64,000 bases of DNA, taken from NCBI GenBank assembly GCA_002009975.1, contig MTLP01000042.1:160001-224000 (forward strand), given 5' to 3'. This stretch comes from Thermococcus sp. JdFR-02 (GTDB lineage: Archaea > Methanobacteriota_B > Thermococci > Thermococcales > Thermococcaceae). Of the stretch, positions 8,458 through 16,749 are shown one piece after another (the stretch's first letter is position 1; the number at the start of each line of letters is the position of its first letter). The translations under genes and the position numbers were made by a program. The notes under the pieces were generated by a model that saw nothing but the letters and a program-made list of their open reading frames with translations, did no database searches and was not told where the DNA came from.

Positions 8458-8853
8458 ATGAAAGTTACAGCCTTTGAAGTTGCATCTCGTTATGTTTACC
8501 CCTCATTGAGGAGAAGGTTAGTGGAGATTTTGTACAAAGAACATAAATTAAGCCAAGTAAAGGTTGCGGAGCTTCTGCACATAACCCAACCAGCTGTTTC
8601 AAGGTATTTGAAAATGGACAGAGGAGCCTTGGTGGATGTAAAAAAATTCAAGGATATAGATGAGAAACTTAAAGAGTTGGCAAAAAAAGTGCTTGAAGAA
8701 AACCTAAATGAGTATGAAATTCATTCTGAATTAGTTAGGATTTCTCTTGAAATGCTTGGAAAAGGTTACATATGTTCATTTCATGAAAAAATAGACAAAG
8801 AAATTGATCCCAAAAAGTGCAACATCTGCATTTCCCTCTTTGAAAAATTTTGA
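8458..8853 (+). CDS. Xre-like HTH transcriptional regulator (COG2522-like) with C-terminal Cys/His motif
   Basis: LSQVKVAELLHITQPAVSRYL HTH; C-terminal CSFH...CNIC; appears leaderless. Confidence 0.85.
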   Translation: MKVTAFEVASRYVYPSLRRRLVEILYKEHKLSQVKVAELLHITQPAVSRYLKMDRGALVDVKKFKDIDEKLKELAKKVLEENLNEYEIHSELVRISLEMLGKGYICSFHEKIDKEIDPKKCNICISLFEKF

Positions 8854-8915
8854 TGAAAAACTCTTCATAAATTTCTTTTTAAACCCTTTTCTTTGACCTT
8901 ATCTTGGGTGAGAAA

Positions 8916-9260
8916 ATGGACGAGCTTGAGATGATTAGGAGAAAAAAGATGCTCGAATTGATGAAAAGAATGAGTGGAGTTAAAGTTGAGAGACCAAAGC
9001 CAAAGGCAGTAATTGAAGTTATAACTTCACCTACCTGTCCCTATTGCCCAATTGCACTTCAAATAGCAAGGGAAATAGCGAGAAAGTACAGAGGAGTAGA
9101 AGTTAGAGAGCTGAGCGTTGCAACTCCAGAAGGAAGAGAAAAAGCAATGAGGCATAACATCTTGGGGACTCCAACAATTTTGATTAATGATAGGGTTGAG
9201 TTCATAGGGGTTCCTTCACCAATAGAATTTGAAAGAAGGATAAAAGCCTATTTAAGCTAA
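8916..9260 (+). CDS. Thioredoxin/glutaredoxin family protein
   Basis: CPYC active site, GTPT cis-Pro motif, DELEMIRRKK helical N-tail; GGTGA RBS. Confidence 0.88.
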   Translation: MDELEMIRRKKMLELMKRMSGVKVERPKPKAVIEVITSPTCPYCPIALQIAREIARKYRGVEVRELSVATPEGREKAMRHNILGTPTILINDRVEFIGVPSPIEFERRIKAYLS

Positions 9261-9493
9261 CCGCCACTTAAAACGGGCATTACTTTTATTTCATCCTCAT
9301 CTTTTATCAGATAATCGCCTTTTACTGGTCTTCCATTTACAATGATTATTTTGTCATGCAACTTGTCATAGTCTCTGATGATCCCTCTAAGTAACTCATC
9401 CACCGTTTTCGGCTCTTCAAGCTTTAAATAAACTTCATGGGCTTTAGCTAAGTGTGCCATACTCCCAATAAGCCTGACCTTGACCATGATCAT
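9257..9493 (-). CDS. moaD: MoaD/ThiS (SAMP-like) sulfur carrier
   Basis: IIVNG, IKVMPVLSGG C-terminal diglycine; downstream of tungstoenzyme. Confidence 0.85.
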   Translation of the reverse strand: MIMVKVRLIGSMAHLAKAHEVYLKLEEPKTVDELLRGIIRDYDKLHDKIIIVNGRPVKGDYLIKDEDEIKVMPVLSGG

Positions 9494-9603
9494 CACCACT
9501 ACAGATTGGTTAGGAGGTATTAAATAGTTTTTTGCAAATTACAAGTAGTGAATTTCATAATCGAGATCAAAGAGCATTGAGAAAAGTAAAAAGATAAAAG
9601 AAC

Positions 9604-11463
9604 TCATTCAAGCTTTGTAACCTTCTCAAGCTCTGGGATAACGTAGTCCAAGTTAAGCTCTTTGAGTGTCTCCTTCTTTGGAATACCTCTCTCATCCCAT
9701 CCTCTAAGCTTGTAGTACTCTGAAAGCAAGGCATCGTACTTGTCTTCCTCTAAGTGTGATCCCTTTAGTTTTCCGCTCTTTAAGCTCTCGACAAACCATC
9801 TCTTTGGTGGATAGTCCATCTTCCTATCCCAGTTGCCGTTGAATTCTCTAACCCAGTAAGCCCTTATAAGAGCATAAACCCTATCTGCTGCTTTGTAGAG
9901 GTCGTCCCATGTGTACTTAACCCCAGTAATTGCTTCTAAGAACTTTGGATACCACTCTAATGTTAATCCTATTTCTACCCATGGTAACCTACAAGCGGTA
10001 AGCATCTCGAAGAGTCCGCCTCTAAGTCTTTGCAACTCAATAACCTTTGCTGCCTTCTCTGGATCGTAGGTTATCTTGTACTCAACTTCCTTCTTTTGCT
10101 CTCCTTCAATTGGTGCTGTTCCGATTTCCCATGCAATTACCCAAGCTTCCTTGTGGTGAGCACCAATTGATGATGTTGCAAATGCCAATGCCATTGCTGG
10201 GTAGGCAAAACAGTTGTAACCACTAACCTCTAAGCCCTTAACATGCATTGCAAACTCTTCGCCGCCGATCTTTTGTGATGCCCTCATTACTCCCTCAGCT
10301 AAGAGGCTTCCAAGTTCTCCTCTTCTATAAGCAATGTCCAAGGCAAGTTCCTTAGCCTTCTTATAGTCACCAAAGTGTATTCCATCATCTAATAATCCCT
10401 TTTCAGTTGCTTCCATTGCAAATGCCAAGACACCACCCAATGAAATCGTATCCATACCCATTTGGTCAGCTATTCTGTTTAGTACAGAAACTCTGTTTAG
10501 GTTAGCTATTCCTAAGTTTGAACCAAGTAAAGCAACGTTTTCATAGTCAAGTTCACTTTCTTGAGCCTCTGCATCCAAAACTACGTTACCACATTGCATG
10601 TTACAGTAGGGACAGCCTCTTCTATCAACCTTCATACCCTCTAGAGTGTAACCATCAATTGTTCTCGCAAACTCGAAGTATCCATCACTAAAGTTCCTTG
10701 TTGGTAAAGCACCATTTTCTTGTGTCCATTCAACAGCTGCCATTGTTCCTTGCCTAATCCAGAAGTCATAGGCTGGCTTTTCTTGTATCTCATTAAACGC
10801 TTCCTTTGAATACTCCATAAGCTTCTTCTTGTCAGCAACTGGGATTTCCTTTGTACCCTTAATCACAACAGCTTTTAGGTTCTTGCTTCCCATCACTGCA
10901 CCCATTCCAGGTCTTCCACCGGCTCTACCCTCTTGGGAGATAATAACAGCAAATTTAACTAAATTCTCACCAGCAGGACCTATGCTTAGAATTCCTACAT
11001 TTTTGCCATGAACTTCCTTCAATTTTCTCTCGGTTTCAAAAGTATCCAGTCCCCATAGCCCCTCTGCACTTAAAATGCTAACATTGTCATTTTCGACATA
11101 AACATAGACTGGTTTCTTTGCTTTACCCTCAATAACGATTGCATCATAACCAGCTTTTCTTAAGTGAACAGTTGCCATAGTTCCTAAGTTACCATCACCA
11201 TAACCATTTGTTAATGGACTTTTAGCTGCAACCACTAATTTTCCACCACTCGGTGTTGGGAGACCGTTGAACGGTCCAGCAGCAAAGATTAACTTATTTT
11301 CTGGGCTTAATGGATCAACACCCTTAACTTCATCCCAAAGAATCTTTATGGCTAAACCTCTACCACCTATAAATTGTTGGGCAATGTCTGGAGAATATTC
11401 TTGCACCCACGTTTTGTTGTTGGTTAAATCAACTCTTAAAATTCTTCCCCACCAGCCTTTCAT
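9604..11463 (-). CDS. for: Tungsten formaldehyde:ferredoxin oxidoreductase (AOR family), 619 aa
   Basis: [13 protein letters not shown] start, [44 protein letters not shown]. Confidence 0.9.
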   Translation of the reverse strand: MKGWWGRILRVDLTNNKTWVQEYSPDIAQQFIGGRGLAIKILWDEVKGVDPLSPENKLIFAAGPFNGLPTPSGGKLVVAAKSPLTNGYGDGNLGTMATVHLRKAGYDAIVIEGKAKKPVYVYVENDNVSILSAEGLWGLDTFETERKLKEVHGKNVGILSIGPAGENLVKFAVIISQEGRAGGRPGMGAVMGSKNLKAVVIKGTKEIPVADKKKLMEYSKEAFNEIQEKPAYDFWIRQGTMAAVEWTQENGALPTRNFSDGYFEFARTIDGYTLEGMKVDRRGCPYCNMQCGNVVLDAEAQESELDYENVALLGSNLGIANLNRVSVLNRIADQMGMDTISLGGVLAFAMEATEKGLLDDGIHFGDYKKAKELALDIAYRRGELGSLLAEGVMRASQKIGGEEFAMHVKGLEVSGYNCFAYPAMALAFATSSIGAHHKEAWVIAWEIGTAPIEGEQKKEVEYKITYDPEKAAKVIELQRLRGGLFEMLTACRLPWVEIGLTLEWYPKFLEAITGVKYTWDDLYKAADRVYALIRAYWVREFNGNWDRKMDYPPKRWFVESLKSGKLKGSHLEEDKYDALLSEYYKLRGWDERGIPKKETLKELNLDYVIPELEKVTKLE

Positions 11464-11787
11464 AGAAACCACCATATTTCATAAAGATGAAATTCTATAA
11501 AAGCTTTGAGTTCACAAAAATCTTTACCCTCCTAAATTATTGAAAACAGCAATGTTTAACGATTTTTAACAAGTAACTTTTCTTGTTTATCAAAAATTTT
11601 CGAAGAATTTACACCATATAAAAGCCTTAACGAATAGATTACATTCATTAATGTCCAAAGTCGAACAAGAAAAATCAAAAACAAATAATAAAGATCTTGC
11701 TATTTTTGAGATGATTGTTTGACTCTACTCTTCTAACTGTTTGAAGGAAAAATTTAAATACATATAATGGAAAAGCAATGATGATGG

Positions 11788-11910
11788 ATGATAGTTGGAA
11801 TTGCCTGGAAAGTGGCCAAAATTGTTGGAAGTGTTTTGTTATGTGTAAGTAGTGTAGTAGACATCCCATACTGCTGTGAAAGGGAGGTAATGTATTGTTC
11901 AAGTCTTTGA
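11788..11910 (+). CDS. Unannotated 40-aa amphipathic Cys-rich peptide (or frameshifted pseudogene tail)
   Basis: MIVGIAWKVAKIVGSVLLCVSSVVDIPYCCEREVMYCSSL; BRE/TATA GGAAAAATTTAAATA ends 11760. Confidence 0.35.
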   Translation: MIVGIAWKVAKIVGSVLLCVSSVVDIPYCCEREVMYCSSL

Positions 11911-11986
11911 AGGGGGTTGAACTTAATGAAGATATCTAAAAATAATCTACTTTTTTCATATATTATTGCTCAAGTCTATAAGGGGG
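11893..11986 (+). repeat. Imperfect direct repeat, each copy encoding YCSSL-stop followed by AGGGGG/GGGGG
   Basis: 11893-11916 TATTGTTCAAGTCTTTGAAGGGGG vs 11964-11986 TATTGCTCAAGTCTATAAGGGGG. Confidence 0.7.
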
Positions 11987-11993
11987 AATAGAA

Positions 11994-12347
11994 ATGAAAG
12001 TAGAAGAGTCAAGATTTTTGAAGTTTGTTCTTCTTTATTATCTTTTCTTTTTTGTTATTGATGTCATCATGTATTTCAGTGGAGTAATGCATGACACCAG
12101 ATTACTTATCTCAGCCCCACTAATTTTGTTGATAGGTGTTGGGGCGCATTTTTTTGCTAGAGGAAGCAGCAAAGGGAGATATTTGGCTTATGCCTCCTTA
12201 GCTCTCTTAATCTTAATAACAGTATATAGCAACATAACAGCACCAAAAGAAAATCCATATAATGACTGGATAGGCGTGATAATTTTAGCTGGCTTATTGT
12301 ATGAAGTTGAGAAGCGAGTAAAGGAGCGTGAGAAAAATAAAAGATAG
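11994..12347 (+). CDS. Hypothetical 4-TM membrane protein
   Basis: Four hydrophobic segments, basic C-tail, AGGGGG RBS. Confidence 0.75.
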   Translation: MKVEESRFLKFVLLYYLFFFVIDVIMYFSGVMHDTRLLISAPLILLIGVGAHFFARGSSKGRYLAYASLALLILITVYSNITAPKENPYNDWIGVIILAGLLYEVEKRVKEREKNKR

Positions 12348-12424
12348 TGTTAAATGTGACTAATTAACAAACACCGTAGATAACCTCAATTATTTTATAT
12401 ATCTACAGCGAACATAATAATGTC

Positions 12425-13474
12425 ATGATATGGTTTAGGCGGATTAATATTGATGAGATAGAGAGTGCTAAAAGGGCATTGCCACATTATTTTGCAATCC
12501 TTAAGGGAGATGAAAAGCCGAACTTCTTTTATGCAAAGCAAGTTGAGGTTAGCTTTGATGAAAGCTTCTCATTTGAAGAGCTTTGGAATATCCATGAGGA
12601 GGGAATGAAAAAGCTAAAAGAAGGCGAGTTCATTGAAAATCCAGAGCAAAGTCTCTTAGATTTAAAAGCTGTCATAGCAGACAAAATCCTTGAGAAGTGT
12701 GAACTTTGTGAGATTAAATGCAATGTGAACAGAAAGAATGATATTGGATATTGTAGGGTTGGGGAAAGCTTAGTTGCAAGTGACTTTTTGCATTTAGGCG
12801 AAGAGCCTGAATTAGTGCCATCTTACACGATTTTCTTTAGCGGATGTAACTTTAGATGTGTATTTTGTCAGAACTGGGATATAAGTCAATACAGAGTTGG
12901 AATTAGTTATTTGCCCAAAGAGATGGCAACTAAGATAATGGTGGCATTTGCAAAAGGTGCAAAGAATGTTAACTTCGTCGGTGGAGAGCCGACACCAAAT
13001 TTGCCTTTTATTCTTAAAACGCTCCGTTTTGTTAAAACACCAATTCCAGTTGTCTGGAACTCCAACATGTACATGAGCGAAAAATCAATGAAACTTTTGG
13101 ATGGAGTGGTTGACGTTTATTTAGGTGATTTTAAGTGGGGAAATAATGACTGTGCATTAAAGTACTCAAAAGCTCCAGGATATTGGGAGATTATAACGAG
13201 GAACTATCTCTTAGCTAAAGATCACTATAAAGCAGAGTTTTTGATAAGGCATTTGGTGATACCAACCCACTTAGAGTGCTGCACAAAGCCAATTTTAAAA
13301 TGGATAAGCGAGAATTTGGGAAAGGACGTTAGAGTGAACGTAATGTTCCAGTATAGACCAGAGTATAAAGCTGGGGAATACAAAGAGATAGACAGGGGTT
13401 TGAATTATAATGAGATGAAAAGAGCGGCAGAACTTGTAAGGGAATTTGAACTAAGAAATGCCTTAGTGGGTTAA
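12425..13474 (+). CDS. PflX-like radical SAM protein
   Basis: CNFRCVFC, CELCEIKC...C, HLGEEPELVPS, VGGEPTP, WNSNMY, DFKW. Confidence 0.88.
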   Translation: MIWFRRINIDEIESAKRALPHYFAILKGDEKPNFFYAKQVEVSFDESFSFEELWNIHEEGMKKLKEGEFIENPEQSLLDLKAVIADKILEKCELCEIKCNVNRKNDIGYCRVGESLVASDFLHLGEEPELVPSYTIFFSGCNFRCVFCQNWDISQYRVGISYLPKEMATKIMVAFAKGAKNVNFVGGEPTPNLPFILKTLRFVKTPIPVVWNSNMYMSEKSMKLLDGVVDVYLGDFKWGNNDCALKYSKAPGYWEIITRNYLLAKDHYKAEFLIRHLVIPTHLECCTKPILKWISENLGKDVRVNVMFQYRPEYKAGEYKEIDRGLNYNEMKRAAELVREFELRNALVG

Positions 13475-13484
13475 GTCTTCTCAG

Positions 13485-13694
13485 CTAGCCTCCAGCTCTC
13501 GCTTTCATTAGCTTTTCCATAACATTTCTAATCAGCACCTCATCCCCTTCAAGCACTACTTCATACCTCGGAATATTATAAAAGGTTCCAACATATTTTA
13601 TCGTCACTTTAAGACCTTCACACCCACCACATGCTTTTCTCACAAGTTCCATAAACTCCTCTGGAGGAATTGCAGTTGTAATTTTCTTTATCAT
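13485..13694 (-). CDS. Small archaeal protein with CGGC and C-terminal RAGG (TIGR04140/AF_0576-like)
   Basis: 3' part of the 242-aa track ORF; start at MIKKIT after AAGGTG RBS; ends ARAGG. Confidence 0.65.
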   Translation of the reverse strand: MIKKITTAIPPEEFMELVRKACGGCEGLKVTIKYVGTFYNIPRYEVVLEGDEVLIRNVMEKLMKARAGG

Positions 13695-13864
13695 TTTCCA
13701 CACCTTCCTTTTGAACCGTTTCAGCCATTTTTCGCTAAATTGGGAGTAGTGACCCTTCACATAGAAGTATACGAACTTTTTATAGATTTGCATAAGCATT
13801 CCTCTTTTTGTTATTTCTTCTCTTTTTATCTTTTTTGAACCGAAAAATTTATAAAGTATAAGTA

Positions 13865-13890
13865 CATATGTAATATTGAACTTACATATG
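13865..13890. promoter_or_regulatory. Perfect 9-8-9 inverted repeat CATATGTAA-N8-TTACATATG (operator)
   Basis: Read directly; just downstream of CGAAAAA-TTTATAAA (13841-13855) and before GAGGTGA RBS. Confidence 0.75.
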
Positions 13891-13905
13891 AAGAGGTGAA
13901 TAAAC

Positions 13906-14373
13906 ATGTGGAAAAAGTTGTTTGGAATAGGATTGTTGGCTTTGGGTCTGTTTGGTTTAGTGTTTGGAGCAGTAGCAGCATACCAAGGAGAGCCTGGACC
14001 AAACCCAGAAATCGATAGAGAAATGATACCTGCCCAAGCTATGGGAATGAAAGGATATGGACACCATGGAGAAAGAGGAAAGCCCCAGTTCATGGGTTTA
14101 GGAGTTATGGGACAAAACCTTGAAGAAGTTAGCATAGAGGAAATTAGTGAAAAAGCTGAAGAAATTTTGAGCCAAGTAACAATTGAAGAGTTCACCAACC
14201 CAAGAGGTCTCACGATTCAAAAGCTCATCTATGATGGACAATATATCGGAAAAGTAGTTGGTGATTATGAGCTAAGTGAACTAAGCATCTATAAAGCCTT
14301 TGAAACACCAATGGGCATGAAAGTTTTCCTAAGCTATGAAGATCAGATAGTTGGATTCTTCCTAATAAAGTGA
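13906..14373 (+). CDS. Secreted protein with Met/Gly/His-rich segment
   Basis: Signal peptide ending AVAA; AMGMKGYGHHG...FMGLGVMG. Confidence 0.8.
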   Translation: MWKKLFGIGLLALGLFGLVFGAVAAYQGEPGPNPEIDREMIPAQAMGMKGYGHHGERGKPQFMGLGVMGQNLEEVSIEEISEKAEEILSQVTIEEFTNPRGLTIQKLIYDGQYIGKVVGDYELSELSIYKAFETPMGMKVFLSYEDQIVGFFLIK

Positions 14374-14411
14374 TTTTCCTCCCTCTCTTTTCAATTTTTA
14401 GGTGATAGAGA

Positions 14412-14522
14412 ATGAGAATAATGGAGAAAATAAAGCTGATCATTTCATCCTTGGAATTTAGGACTAAGAAAAGTGAGAAGAGTATTCCTCTCATAATTTT
14501 AGCAAAGGAGGAACAAGAATGA
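14412..14522 (+). CDS. Unannotated 36-aa ORF
   Basis: AGGTGAT RBS; MRIMEKIKLIISSLEFRTKKSEKSIPLIILAKEEQE; ATGA overlap with next ORF. Confidence 0.45.
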   Translation: MRIMEKIKLIISSLEFRTKKSEKSIPLIILAKEEQE

Positions 14523-14689
14523 GAACATTTGAAGTCTTCTTTGGAAAGCCAAGTTTCGCTTTAATTGTAGGGATATTATTTACTTTGGCTGTGTTAGCTG
14601 GAATCTTTCTATTTCTAAAAGGTTATTTTGGAAAGGATGATGAATTCCCTAATGAATGTGAAAGTTGTGAGATGGAGGGATTGGAATGA
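14519..14689 (+). CDS. Unannotated 56-aa single-TM protein with acidic CxxC tail
   Basis: AGGAGG RBS; MRTFEVFFGKPSFALIVGILFTLAVLAGIFLFLKGYFGKDDEFPNECESCEMEGLE; ATGA overlaps at both ends. Confidence 0.7.
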   Translation: MRTFEVFFGKPSFALIVGILFTLAVLAGIFLFLKGYFGKDDEFPNECESCEMEGLE

Positions 14690-15336
14690 AAATTCCCAGA
14701 TGGGTAAGACCAATTTTAGATTTACTACTAACCATTGATTTTATAATAGAAGCACTATCAGGAATAGCCCTTTACTTAGCACCAAGTGGCAAAATAGCAG
14801 AGATTACAGAGTGGACTTTCCTAGGGCTAAACAAGGATATTTGGGAAGCTTTGCATATCTACTTTGGTTTTGCTATGATAGCGTTAGTTGCAATACATTT
14901 GTTCGTGAACTGGAATGCAATGATTTGTCTGCTTAGAGGCATGATAAAAAACAGGAAAACAAACAAGATAAGCGTTAAAAATGTCCTTGGAATAGCCATA
15001 GTTAACCTCTTACTTATAGGAGGGGCGATAATATATTCAATAAAAAGCCTAGAAAGTGAAAGTGATTATTACACATCGAGTGAATATGAAACAATATCCA
15101 ACACGACAGAAGAGATAGAGGTTACGGGAAGCATGTTAGAAACATTCACTATAGAAGAACTTGCTCAAGCATACAATATTTCAGCTGATAGACTAATAGA
15201 AATCTTGGAGAAAGACTATGGTATTAAAGCGTCAAAGGACGAACTTCTTGAGGTTGTCATGGCAAACAATGGATATGCAAGAGGAGATTTCAAATACATC
15301 CTTGAAGAAGCTATATTAAAAGCTAAGGAGGGCTAA
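14686..15336 (+). CDS. DUF4405-like membrane protein
   Basis: LSGIALY.AP, WEALH-x13-HL..NW, acidic soluble C-domain. Confidence 0.75.
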   Translation: MKIPRWVRPILDLLLTIDFIIEALSGIALYLAPSGKIAEITEWTFLGLNKDIWEALHIYFGFAMIALVAIHLFVNWNAMICLLRGMIKNRKTNKISVKNVLGIAIVNLLLIGGAIIYSIKSLESESDYYTSSEYETISNTTEEIEVTGSMLETFTIEELAQAYNISADRLIEILEKDYGIKASKDELLEVVMANNGYARGDFKYILEEAILKAKEG

Positions 15337-15338
15337 TC

Positions 15339-15563
15339 ATGCCTGGACCTTACTTTTCTTCCTCTTTCTATGAAGGATTTACAAAAACAGAGTATTTACT
15401 AATGATTTTTTGGCTAATATTGTTAGTTGTGTTTTTGCTTTCCTTTTGGCATTTAAGACAGAATATCAATGAAATAAAAGAAGAAATCAACAAAATTAGA
15501 CCAAAAATTGTTGAGCTTAATAGGGAGAGTAAGGAGATAGTGAAGATGCTTGAAGAGGTGTGA
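15339..15563 (+). CDS. Small TM + coiled-coil protein (paralog A)
   Basis: TM helix, FW, heptads, ends LEEV; GGAGG RBS. Confidence 0.75.
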   Translation: MPGPYFSSSFYEGFTKTEYLLMIFWLILLVVFLLSFWHLRQNINEIKEEINKIRPKIVELNRESKEIVKMLEEV

Positions 15564-15689
15564 ATTAGCGAATTAAAAAGAAGTTCAAATTTTGAGTTGC
15601 TGTCCTCTTGCGTGCTTAGAAAACTTTTTATTTCCCTCTAACGACTCTTTATTTATGTAATTAACAGCTACCTTATGTAAGTGATAAAC

Positions 15690-15986
15690 ATGGTGAAAAC
15701 AATAAAAGAGCTCTCAACCATTGCAGAGGCATTAAGTTCTCCAATAAGGATTAGGATACTAAAGATGCTCGTTGAAAAGGAATGGTACGTTTATGAGTTA
15801 GCTAAAACTTTAAACATTTCCCGTCAGCTCTTATATCTTCATTTAAGAAAACTTGAAAAAGCAGGTTTAATAGAGAGTGAGCTTCGCCTAGAACCAAATG
15901 ATCCAAGAGCTAAAAAGTATTATAGGGCAAAGCCTTTTAGGATTATCATAGATAATGAGCTTATAAAAAACCTAAAGGAGGAGTGA
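15690..15986 (+). CDS. ArsR-family winged-HTH regulator
   Basis: ALSSPIRIRILKML, YVYELAKTLNISRQLLYLHLRKLEKAGLI. Confidence 0.9.
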   Translation: MVKTIKELSTIAEALSSPIRIRILKMLVEKEWYVYELAKTLNISRQLLYLHLRKLEKAGLIESELRLEPNDPRAKKYYRAKPFRIIIDNELIKNLKEE

Positions 15987-15989
15987 AAG

Positions 15990-16190
15990 ATGGCACCCTA
16001 TGGTGGAACGCCAAACGGATGGGTTTCAATTGTTTTAGGGCTTATACTTCTCGCGATAGTTGTTTTTGCCTTCTGGAGCATGAACAAGACTATGAACGAA
16101 CTTAAGGTAGAGCTTAACAATTTAAGAAATGTCCTTGAGGAGACGAGAAAAAACACTGAAGAAGTAAAAAAGAAGCTTGAAGAGGTTTAA
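15990..16190 (+). CDS. Small TM + coiled-coil protein (paralog B)
   Basis: TM helix, FW, heptads, ends LEEV; GGAGGAG RBS. Confidence 0.78.
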   Translation: MAPYGGTPNGWVSIVLGLILLAIVVFAFWSMNKTMNELKVELNNLRNVLEETRKNTEEVKKKLEEV

Positions 16191-16205
16191 TTTGGAGGTT
16201 TAAAT

Positions 16206-16673
16206 TTGAACGGATTATTTTACATTTTCTTGCTCTCACTTATCCCAACCTTTGAAGGAAGGTATGCCATAATAGTAGGCATTGGAAAGGGATACTCATT
16301 GATAGGGGTTCTTTTAGTAGCTTCTCTTGGTGTCTTACTGCTCTCAATAGCTCTACCCTTAGCTTTACCTTTTATTGACGTTGTGATGCTCAAGTTAGAG
16401 GAAACTCCTCTAAAAAGGTTTGCAGAGTTTTATTTAACTTATGTTGGAAGGGTAAGAAGGAAAGCCCATCCCTATGTAGATAAATGGGGCTTTTTTGGGC
16501 TAATCTTATTTGTTGCTATTCCTTTGCCGGGAACTGGTGTCTGGACAGGAAGTTTAGCTGCTTACATCTTTGGTATTGAAAAAAGAAAAACAATCCCAGC
16601 TTTGTTAATTGGAGGCTTGTTAAGCATTTTAATAACCTTAATTCCGAGTCTTGGGGTTATAAGACTTTTCTGA
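16206..16673 (+). CDS. COG2426 / small multidrug-export-like membrane protein
   Basis: SLIPTFEGRYAI and FVAIPLPGTGVWTG motifs. Confidence 0.85.
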   Translation: MNGLFYIFLLSLIPTFEGRYAIIVGIGKGYSLIGVLLVASLGVLLLSIALPLALPFIDVVMLKLEETPLKRFAEFYLTYVGRVRRKAHPYVDKWGFFGLILFVAIPLPGTGVWTGSLAAYIFGIEKRKTIPALLIGGLLSILITLIPSLGVIRLF

Positions 16674-16749
16674 ATTTTCTATGCTATTTTATCTCTTAAC
16701 ACGCTAAGCTTTTTATTGTTTCATGAAAATTGTTAGTAAGGTGTGAACC

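Noticed and set aside
11777-11830. ATGATGA as a possible C/D-box sRNA C box
   Set aside because: No CTGA D/D' boxes at suitable spacing.
11675-11902. 75-aa minus-strand track ORF
   Set aside because: No RBS or motif; promoter and repeat signals point to the plus strand.
11788-13474. Cys-rich peptide + radical SAM as a sactipeptide/ranthipeptide RiPP system
   Set aside because: The radical SAM is PflX-like, lacks a recognisable SPASM/RRE domain and has its own promoter-like element.
13695-14213. N-terminal 173 aa of the 242-aa minus-strand ORF
   Set aside because: Runs antisense to the RBS-backed secreted gene and across its promoter; only the last 69 aa look real.
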